A stretch of 64,000 nucleotides of DNA, taken from NCBI GenBank assembly GCA_963718615.1, contig OY970368.1, positions 2,176,001 to 2,240,000 of the forward strand, read 5' to 3'. Made by a program: the position numbers and the translations under genes. Numbering within the stretch: the first letter of the stretch is position 1; every line of letters starts with the position of its first letter. The notes beneath the pieces are model-generated. The model did not search any database. It was given only the letters and a program-made list of their open reading frames with translations, and had not been told where the DNA came from. This stretch comes from an uncultured cyanobacterium (GTDB lineage Bacteria; Cyanobacteriota; Cyanobacteriia; PCC-9006; JAAUQQ01). Positions 10,960-19,399 of this stretch are shown one piece after another.

Positions 10960-11817
10960 ATGTACAACAAGGCTTTTGGAATCATTGAAACGCTGGCTCC
11001 GCTGCATGTGGGGGCGAGTGCGGGTGAGGAAACGGGAAATCTGAATTTGATTTTTCGGGATCAGTTTACGCAGACAGGCATCATTCCGGGCAGCTCCATC
11101 CGAGGGCGGTTTCGGGCAGATATGCGCGAGACAACTACATCAGAAAATGCGGCCTATTGGTTAGAAAAGGCGGCCTATTGGTATGGTGCAGAGGCTAAGG
11201 CTGGCGATCCAAATAGTACGAGTGAGGGGATCGTTAAGTTTGAATATGCTTCGTTGTTGTGGATTCCGGTGTATTGCCCAAATCAACCTGTGGTGCGGGT
11301 GTCTTGTCCAGCGTTGTTACGGCGGTATCAAATGCTGGCGGGTTTGCCGAGCCATGATTTTAAGCCCTATTGCTTCTATGGGAAAGAACAGGTGTCTGAG
11401 CTGTTCTTTAATCTGGGTTTTCTGAAACTGAATGGGGCGGATGGAAAACTGAAGGATTATATGCCGACACAGATTACGAATGGGAAGGATTATCTTTTGG
11501 TCGTGGTGGATGATAAGGATATGGCGATGATCCATGACATGGCGCTGTATCGGCAGAGTCGGGTGTCGCTGGAGTCTGAGACGAAGATTGCGAAGCGAGG
11601 GGCGTTTTTTAATGTGGAGGCGTTGCCGGAGGGGACGATTTTGGCGTTTCCGATCGCGCTGCGAAAAAAGATTGGGGAGAAGGCGATCGCCGTGGGAGAT
11701 TTTCTGGAAACGGGTGACTTTATGGCGACTCGGGACATGTATTTTGGGGGATTGGAGTCGGTTGGGTTTGGACGGGCACAGGTGACGGTGACGGCTCAGG
11801 TAACTGCAACAAAATAG
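10960..11817 (+). CDS. cmr4: Cmr4 (Cas7 family RAMP)
   Basis: PLHVG, IPGSSIRG, GGLESVGFG G-rich loop. Confidence 0.9.
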   Translation: MYNKAFGIIETLAPLHVGASAGEETGNLNLIFRDQFTQTGIIPGSSIRGRFRADMRETTTSENAAYWLEKAAYWYGAEAKAGDPNSTSEGIVKFEYASLLWIPVYCPNQPVVRVSCPALLRRYQMLAGLPSHDFKPYCFYGKEQVSELFFNLGFLKLNGADGKLKDYMPTQITNGKDYLLVVVDDKDMAMIHDMALYRQSRVSLESETKIAKRGAFFNVEALPEGTILAFPIALRKKIGEKAIAVGDFLETGDFMATRDMYFGGLESVGFGRAQVTVTAQVTATK

Positions 11818-11828
11818 GAGATCTTTTC

Positions 11829-12278
11829 ATGCCACAAGTACAAGAAGCGGCGGCCTCGAATTGGAAGCCCTATGCACTCGATCGCTATGCCCAGGAATTG
11901 GTGCTCGATCGGAGGGATTTGAAAGAGGTCTTAAATGAATCACACAAAATGCGCATGTCTGTGGGTTATGGGTTAGAGCGATTCTGGGGGGAGCATATTC
12001 GCCTTCAGCGGGAGAGTCGGGAGAAGGCGGCTTACTGGAAGGCGGTGTGGGATAAGCTGGCGGATATTTTGACTGAAACCGGATGTTCGATCGTGCTGCC
12101 GAAGGATACGGTTAGCCCGGATGATACGACGGAAATTAGGCGGATTTCGGGGGAGCTTTGGGCTCTGAGGATTGATGATCAGCGGTTGGCGTTGATGGTG
12201 TTGACGCAGTTTTGTGATGCGCTGGTGTGGTGGACGCAGCGTTATAAGAAGAAATCAAATGGACAACGGGAGAACTAG
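11829..12278 (+). CDS. cmr5: Cmr5-like small subunit (Cas11)
   Basis: 149-aa helical protein between cmr4 and cmr6; positional inference. Confidence 0.65.
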   Translation: MPQVQEAAASNWKPYALDRYAQELVLDRRDLKEVLNESHKMRMSVGYGLERFWGEHIRLQRESREKAAYWKAVWDKLADILTETGCSIVLPKDTVSPDDTTEIRRISGELWALRIDDQRLALMVLTQFCDALVWWTQRYKKKSNGQREN

Positions 12279-12280
12279 TC

Positions 12281-14071
12281 ATGGCTGCAGGGAATCCATT
12301 TGCTCAAGCGTTTCTGAAACAGCAGGAAAAACTCGCAAAGATTGGTTTAACGGTGGAGTCACTGGAGGATGTCGATCGCTGGAAGACGGATGAAAAACGG
12401 GTGCCGATGATGTATCGTGCCCAGGTGCAGGGGCGTTGCTCGTTGCATAACGCAAAACGGGATAATTCCGATCTGAATGACTGGACGGAGGAGTGGACAT
12501 ATCCTCAGAAGAATGGGGAGGCACGATATCAGCGATCGCAACCGAAGTTAGGCCAGGATGGAGATGTCTATCGAGTGGTGGTGGAGTTTCCGTTTCGGCT
12601 CTTTAGCAATGGCGGGCAGGACAGCATTATGCGTCCGATGCTGGGGAAGGATGGAATCCCTGTTTTGCCAGGGAGTAGTGTGAAGGGCTTGTTTTTGCGG
12701 GCTTGTACTCACGACCAGGCAAAACGCTACTGTGGCCGCGAGCTGCGTGAACAGGGGAAACTTCAGCATTTGCCGGGGGAGATGCCGTTGCGGTTTTTAG
12801 CGGCTTATCCGGTGGGAAATTGGGCCGATCGCGTGGTGGATTTGGTGCATCCCCAGGGGAATCGGCAGATTGGTACTGGACACAAAGAGGAGCGATCGAC
12901 GGCTTCGGCGCTGATTAGCTTGCATCAGCCGACGATGGTGTTTGAGTTTAGCTGCGCGGATGCGGCGGTGCAGTGGCGGGAAGTTGAACTGATTTTGCTA
13001 AAGGCGCTCCAGTTGGGTGTTGGGGGCAAGACGAGTAGTGGCTATGGTCTCGGTGGAAATTTTTCAGGAAAGCCACTGATTACGCCAAGCAGTTCGGTGA
13101 GTGTGTTGCTCAAGGGGGAAGGGGTGAGTTCGGTGTTACGAGATGGCGCTACGCCGGAGTTTCGGACGAATTTGTTTAAGGCAGGGCTGAAAGGGCATTT
13201 GCGGCGGTTATTGGGTGGGGTGCATGCTGACCGGGCCAATGAGGTCGCCGATCGCTGGTTTGGCAATACGAAGGCTCCGGCGGCGGTGCACTTGTTGTGG
13301 CAGCATCGGCAGCCGGTGAAGTTTGCGGATGTGGGGTTGAAGGATCGCAATCCGACGTATCGAGTCGATGGAATGCTGTATGCGGATATTCAGAAGCAGC
13401 GATCGAGCGAGACGCTGACGGAGGCCGTGGCACAGCAGCGGTATAGAAAAGATGTGGCGCTATTGACTCAGGTGATCACGTTTGGGTATGTGATGGGGGG
13501 ATTTGGCAAGTCTTGGCGGCGGGTTTGGCATGGGTTATTTTTGCCGGATTATCATGAGAAGAAGTTTGCGATCGGCTGTCATTGGGTGTCGTCGGATTTG
13601 GATGAGATTCAGACGATAAAGCAGTTGCAGGATTTTCTTGATCGTTTGCGGCTTCAATGTTGTGCTTATTTGAATGTAACGGAACAAAATGCTAAATCGG
13701 CGAGTTGGCGGGAGGCGTGGGATTCAAAGCGGGTGGCGGTGTTTTGTCGGGTGGGGATGAAGTCGGAGGCGGTGGGGTTGTTTCATGGTGATGTGTTTAA
13801 GACAACTCCGGCGATCGGGGGGCGCAGGCCGGGTGAGGATCGGCCAACGGGGGTTAGTTCGGTGTGGCATCGGATGTTGCCGTTGAAGAATGGGACGGAG
13901 TTTTTGGAGATTGTAACGGTGTTTCATGGCGATCGCGTTCCCTGGCAACGGGGCAAGGCAGATCAGCTTTTTCCGTTTATTGAGGCGTTGAAAGAGCGGG
14001 GATTGAAGTTGGCTTGGGGGACGATGCCTAAGTTAGGTGTTCCGAAAAAACGTGTAATTATGCGGAGGTAG
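12281..14071 (+). CDS. cmr6: Double-RAMP protein, Cmr6-Cmr1 fusion
   Basis: N-terminal RAMP (GIPVLPGSSVKG...GVGGKTSSGYG) and second RAMP (FKAGLKGHLRR...WFGNT...GGFGKSWRR). Confidence 0.85.
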   Translation: MAAGNPFAQAFLKQQEKLAKIGLTVESLEDVDRWKTDEKRVPMMYRAQVQGRCSLHNAKRDNSDLNDWTEEWTYPQKNGEARYQRSQPKLGQDGDVYRVVVEFPFRLFSNGGQDSIMRPMLGKDGIPVLPGSSVKGLFLRACTHDQAKRYCGRELREQGKLQHLPGEMPLRFLAAYPVGNWADRVVDLVHPQGNRQIGTGHKEERSTASALISLHQPTMVFEFSCADAAVQWREVELILLKALQLGVGGKTSSGYGLGGNFSGKPLITPSSSVSVLLKGEGVSSVLRDGATPEFRTNLFKAGLKGHLRRLLGGVHADRANEVADRWFGNTKAPAAVHLLWQHRQPVKFADVGLKDRNPTYRVDGMLYADIQKQRSSETLTEAVAQQRYRKDVALLTQVITFGYVMGGFGKSWRRVWHGLFLPDYHEKKFAIGCHWVSSDLDEIQTIKQLQDFLDRLRLQCCAYLNVTEQNAKSASWREAWDSKRVAVFCRVGMKSEAVGLFHGDVFKTTPAIGGRRPGEDRPTGVSSVWHRMLPLKNGTEFLEIVTVFHGDRVPWQRGKADQLFPFIEALKERGLKLAWGTMPKLGVPKKRVIMRR

Positions 14072-14299
14072 TTCGATGGCTGACTGGTGAGTGGGCTTTG
14101 GGGCGATGTTTGATTTTTTTGCGAGGCTGGGGGTGGATTGGCTGAAAGGCTGATTGTTGTGTTGGGAGCCTCGATGCTTTGTGGGGTATGGGGTTGGAGC
14201 TGTTTTTATGGAGCGGGATGGGTTAGAATGATGGAGAATTCCGGCAGGCTCGCAGATGGGGGGTGTAATGCTTTCCCTGTGGGGGCTCTGGCGGGAGGG
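14072..14299 (+). promoter_or_regulatory. CRISPR leader
   Basis: 228-bp non-coding stretch between the cmr6 stop and the first repeat; the degenerate repeat is at the opposite end of the array. Confidence 0.75.
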
Positions 14300-17200
14300 G
14301 TCTACCGATCGCTTTGAATCGGATTAGTTGGAAACTCATTATATGTATCCTCAGAAGTCTATAATTTGCTAGTCTACCGATCGCTTTGAATCGGATTAGT
14401 TGGAAACCGTTCTGAGGGTCTTCGTACCATTCGCTATCTGTCGCGATGAGTCTACCGATCGCTTTGAATCGGATTAGTTGGAAACTTTACGACGTTCATT
14501 CGCCTGTAGAGCCAACCTATGGTCTACCGATCGCTTTGAATCGGATTAGTTGGAAACGTGTAGCCTGTGTTGCTAACGGTGTACTCAATTCCCAAGTTGT
14601 CTACCGATCGCTTTGAATCGGATTAGTTGGAAACACAGTCCTATTGTCTTGTCTTCTATGCGTAACATGTGTCTACCGATCGCTTTGAATCGGATTAGTT
14701 GGAAACACGCCAAGGGCCTCGTTAAACAGAAATATCCCCGGTCTACCGATCGCTTTGAATCGGATTAGTTGGAAACTCCGCAGAAAGTTCGAACCAGTAC
14801 ACGTTCTTACCTTGCTGTCTACCGATCGCTTTGAATCGGATTAGTTGGAAACAGGTCTAGATCTTCGAACGTGGCGGGTTCTTCAAGGTCTACCGATCGC
14901 TTTGAATCGGATTAGTTGGAAACACCGTGGAAATTTCCTGGCTTAGGGAATAGTCGCGTCTACCGATCGCTTTGAATCGGATTAGTTGGAAACGGGAATA
15001 TCTTATCAAGGTAGAAAATTTAGCTGTATCAAGTAGGTCTACCGATCGCTTTGAATCGGATTAGTTGGAAACTCCAGTTATTGCTGGATATAGGTTTTCA
15101 GGATTAGGGTCGTCTACCGATCGCTTTGAATCGGATTAGTTGGAAACGGGTTCGTGTGCTAGATACTGTGGTCTGAGGGTGGGGTCTACCGATCGCTTTG
15201 AATCGGATTAGTTGGAAACTTGGTTTCTAGGTACTCAGTGCGTGTCATGGTTCTTAGGGTCTACCGATCGCTTTGAATCGGATTAGTTGGAAACCTCGCA
15301 TAGGGCTGGATTGACCGCGTGATCATATCCAAAAACGTCTACCGATCGCTTTGAATCGGATTAGTTGGAAACCTCGGATCTTGTCTCCCCCGTAGGCCCA
15401 GTCCCAAAGCGTCTACCGATCGCTTTGAATCGGATTAGTTGGAAACATAGGTCTAGGCACGTTCTTTATGAGGTCTTTAGATACGTCTACCGATCGCTTT
15501 GAATCGGATTAGTTGGAAACAGTAGCTGTTCTTGTACACTTAGTACATTTTTAGCTGCTGGTCTACCGATCGCTTTGAATCGGATTAGTTGGAAACGTAA
15601 CCATTAGTGAGCGGATTTCGTTCAATAACTACTGTCTACCGATCGCTTTGAATCGGATTAGTTGGAAACTGCTAAATTAGTAGACGGTGTAAGTTCTTTA
15701 TCTTATAGTGTCTACCGATCGCTTTGAATCGGATTAGTTGGAAACTGGGCAAGGGTTGCTGTCTGGTAGTTACAGAAGGATGCTAGTCTACCGATCGCTT
15801 TGAATCGGATTAGTTGGAAACATCTGCATCTCTACGTATGGAGGTTTCATCATACCAAGGTCTACCGATCGCTTTGAATCGGATTAGTTGGAAACCAAAG
15901 CTTTGTTGATGCTTTGGTTTTTGCCCTGGCCAAGTCGAGTCTACCGATCGCTTTGAATCGGATTAGTTGGAAACTATTGACATACCAACTGCGCGTCATA
16001 TCTCTTTCCACGGTCTACCGATCGCTTTGAATCGGATTAGTTGGAAACGTAGCTGTAGAGACTGTTCTTGCCCGAGCGCTGGGTGAAGGTCTACCGATCG
16101 CTTTGAATCGGATTAGTTGGAAACTACCACGTTTACCGCTTATTGGCTAAAGCCCATTAGTAAGTCTACCGATCGCTTTGAATCGGATTAGTTGGAAACT
16201 GTCTTGGTGCCGCGCTTGGCATCTAAGATCCGGGTAAGTCTACCGATCGCTTTGAATCGGATTAGTTGGAAACTGTAGTACAAGGTCTCTGCTATCTCCC
16301 CTTTCGCTACGTCTACCGATCGCTTTGAATCGGATTAGTTGGAAACCTGGGGGGTTCCGATCTTGGGCTGGAACACTTCAGCAAGGTCTACCGATCGCTT
16401 TGAATCGGATTAGTTGGAAACCAGCCAAACATCAATTTCTCGGTAACCGAGCCGCTCTGGTCTACCGATCGCTTTGAATCGGATTAGTTGGAAACCAAAG
16501 GCGAAGAATAACATACTGACGGATAAACTCCTCGTCTACCGATCGCTTTGAATCGGATTAGTTGGAAACGGGGCGCTGGCTTCGCACCGGGTTGTTTCTC
16601 CCTGGTAGAGTCTACCGATCGCTTTGAATCGGATTAGTTGGAAACGTGTGGTTGTTGGCGGCGGAGAACTTACGTACTTCGTCCTTCCAGTCTACCGATC
16701 GCTTTGAATCGGATTAGTTGGAAACCAGATCGGGAAGGTTAAACGTCGTCGACCCGTTGCCCGGTCTACCGATCGCTTTGAATCGGATTAGTTGGAAACG
16801 CATTGAACACCCATCTAAGATCTTGCTCAAAGGACTCGGGTCTACCGATCGCTTTGAATCGGATTAGTTGGAAACTCAGCTTCTCTGCACCAAAGGCCAG
16901 AGCTTTACCAAGTCTACCGATCGCTTTGAATCGGATTAGTTGGAAACGCTTAGTACGTGACCGCGTTCATCTCCGAAATCTTAAGTCTACCGATCGCTTT
17001 GAATCGGATTAGTTGGAAACGTGTGGTTGTTGGCGGCGGAGAACTTACGTACTTCGTCCTTCCAGTCTACCGATCGCTTTGAATCGGATTAGTTGGAAAC
17101 CAGATCGGGAAGGTTAAACGTCGTCGACCCGTTGCCCGGTCTACCGATCGCTTTGAATCGGATTAGTTGGAAACTGGATGGTCTTGTTGAGGTTGCTCAG

Positions 17201-18245
17201 TTGGACCCGTCGGGTCTACCGATCGCTTTGAATCGGATTAGTTGGAAACCTGGCGTTCTTGACCCTACTGAGGGACGGCTCGTTGTGTCTACCGATCGCT
17301 TTGAATCGGATTAGTTGGAAACCAGCAAGGATCCCCGAAGCAGGCAACCCAGCAGCGGTGATCGAGTCTACCGATCGCTTTGAATCGGATTAGTTGGAAA
17401 CGACGCGATTCCCGTCGAGCGTTAGCCCCGTTAGCCCGTCTACCGATCGCTTTGAATCGGATTAGTTGGAAACGTGATTATTCTCGACGACGGCAATCGC
17501 ATCACCACGGGTCTACCGATCGCTTTGAATCGGATTAGTTGGAAACCTAACAAGCGGAATATCATTGAAATGAGGTTCTTGGCTAGGTCTACCGATCGCT
17601 TTGAATCGGATTAGTTGGAAACTGGCGCACCTCAATGCCGACCTTTGCCCAGTTGTTGCCGTCTACCGATCGCTTTGAATCGGATTAGTTGGAAACGGTT
17701 TCGGTGATTGTTGCGGGGTTGGTAGTCATTAGGGGTCTACCGATCGCTTTGAATCGGATTAGTTGGAAACCTGAACAGGACGCAAGTTCCCAGGTTCGTC
17801 GATACCGGCGAGTCTACCGATCGCTTTGAATCGGATTAGTTGGAAACTCGGCGATCGTGCGTTCTAGGGCAAGCTCTTGGTTCAGTCTACCGATCGCTTT
17901 GAATCGGATTAGTTGGAAACAGGATTGTGCTGGATCTGAGGGCTTGGTTAAGGAGAGGTCTACCGATCGCTTTGAATCGGATTAGTTGGAAACGGGAAAT
18001 CTTCGGCACTACATGCAGTAACGTCTACCGATCGCTTTGAATCGAATTAGTTGGAAATTATTTGTAGGTACTCACATTTGGGCGTTGCTGAATCGAGGGA
18101 TGTATGGATTTGCCACGATCGCCAACGTAGGTACATGGCATTGCCATGTACCTACCCAATTTATGCCTAAAATCAGCAATGCCCACATTTGCTCATGGTA
18201 GTTCTTGTAGTCTACCGATCGCTTTGAATCGGATTAGTTGGAAAC
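14300..18245 (+). CRISPR. CRISPR array, 52 repeats / 51 spacers
   Basis: 36-nt repeat GTCTACCGATCGCTTTGAATCGGATTAGTTGGAAAC, counted by hand. Spacers 34-44 nt, one 29 nt, last one 151 nt because of an insertion. Repeat 51 (18023-18058) has 2 mismatches. Confidence 0.99.
18081..18183. mobile_element. MITE inserted in the last CRISPR spacer
   Basis: TIRs GGCGTTGCTGA / TCAGCAATGCC (1 mismatch), 8-bp direct repeat CACATTTG at 18073-18080 and 18184-18191, internal perfect 14-bp hairpin at 18127-18155. Confidence 0.85.
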
Positions 18246-18479
18246 ATCTTTGAAACCATACAATCCGCCGAAGCCATAATGGCAGTAACACACCCAAAAC
18301 AAACCCATGACCACTCAGAAAATCGCAGCCTATCAGCAACATCGAGATTTTGGCCAAATTACAACGCTCCAAAGTGAAGATTGGCTGGACGGGACGTGAT
18401 GACACCCAATCTGGCTTAACCCACAGCATCTTTTATACAGTTAGCGCAAGATACAGACAAAAACCGCTTAGTCCTCCCC

Positions 18480-18540
18480 AAGTTTATAAAATTCATAAAC
18501 TTTCAGTAAACAATAGATGCAAAGTGTAGATTGCATTTAT
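18480..18540. promoter_or_regulatory. Two inverted repeats (operator-like) upstream of the 18606 gene
   Basis: AAGTTTAT-N7-ATAAACTT (18480-18502) and ATAGATGCAA-N8-TTGCATTTAT (18513-18540). Confidence 0.4.
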
Positions 18541-18605
18541 AGTTGAGTGATAGGCCTCCCTAAGCCTCGCTCACCCCCGCCATTCAGTCTTCCAAAGCAA
18601 AAGCC

Positions 18606-18944
18606 ATGCTCACCCCGCGTTCCTCTCCAGCGCAAAAAATCGGTCCCCTCTATCGCCATGGGGATGTTTTACTCCGACAGATCGATCGCCTCCCCGTCCA
18701 AGCACAACGCCGCGACGGTGTAACCCTCGCCCACGGCGAAGTCACCGGCCATAGCCATCGCATCGCAGATCCCAGCACGGTTCAGCTTTGGGCACAGGGC
18801 AGCACCCTGTTTTTAGAGGTCATGGCTTCGACGGCTGCTTTAGTCCATGAAGAGCATCGACGCATCGACCTGCCCCAGGGCTTTTACCAAGTGTGGAAAC
18901 AGCGAGAGTACCGGCCCGATGCCTATATTGACGTTGCTGATTGA
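18606..18944 (+). CDS. Conserved His-motif protein, usual partner of DUF6745
   Basis: YRHGDV...LAHGEVTGHSH...HEEH..I.LP.G.Y....QREY. Confidence 0.85.
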   Translation: MLTPRSSPAQKIGPLYRHGDVLLRQIDRLPVQAQRRDGVTLAHGEVTGHSHRIADPSTVQLWAQGSTLFLEVMASTAALVHEEHRRIDLPQGFYQVWKQREYRPDAYIDVAD

Positions 18945-19372
18945 GGAGTAAGGGGATGCGTAGTCTCATGGCCAACGGGCGGGTGCCCAAGCGATCCAAT
19001 CAGGTCTCCCCCCCCAGCCGTCCCACGGGCCAATTTCCCACAGGCCAATTTCCTACAGGCCAAGACATCCTCAACACCGAGAATGTCGAAACCCGACGAC
19101 GCTTGATCGAGCAACTGGGCTACGATCGCTTCTTACAACAGGTAGGAGGCGTAATTCGCGATCGCGACACCGACCCAGGTGGAGAGCGCCAACTGATCGC
19201 CATCGCCCTTGAAGACGACGAACCCCTCATGCTGCTCAAGGTCATTTGTCCCTCCACCGCGCACCTCCATGTCCTGCGCGTTCCGCCCTACCTGCGCAGT
19301 TGCCGTGAAGCTGCCGCCTGGATTGCGGGATTTGACAACCCAGACGACTATTTGCCTGTGATTGAGGCTTAA
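18941..19372 (+). CDS. DUF6745 domain protein (start uncertain: 18941, 18956 or 18968)
   Basis: NVETRRRLIEQLGYDRF...L.V.CPST....LRVPP....CREAAAW. Confidence 0.8.
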   Translation: MRSKGMRSLMANGRVPKRSNQVSPPSRPTGQFPTGQFPTGQDILNTENVETRRRLIEQLGYDRFLQQVGGVIRDRDTDPGGERQLIAIALEDDEPLMLLKVICPSTAHLHVLRVPPYLRSCREAAAWIAGFDNPDDYLPVIEA

Positions 19373-19399
19373 GGTTAGGGTGAGAGCCGGGGTTAGGGT

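Noticed and set aside
16803-17314. ORFs inside the CRISPR array (LPIALNRISWK repeats)
   Set aside because: Translation of repeat-spacer units, not genes
14300-18245. Self-targeting spacers within this window
   Set aside because: No match noticed by eye; an exhaustive alignment was not possible
18193-18429. 78-aa minus-strand ORF
   Set aside because: Runs through the terminal CRISPR repeat; no recognisable features
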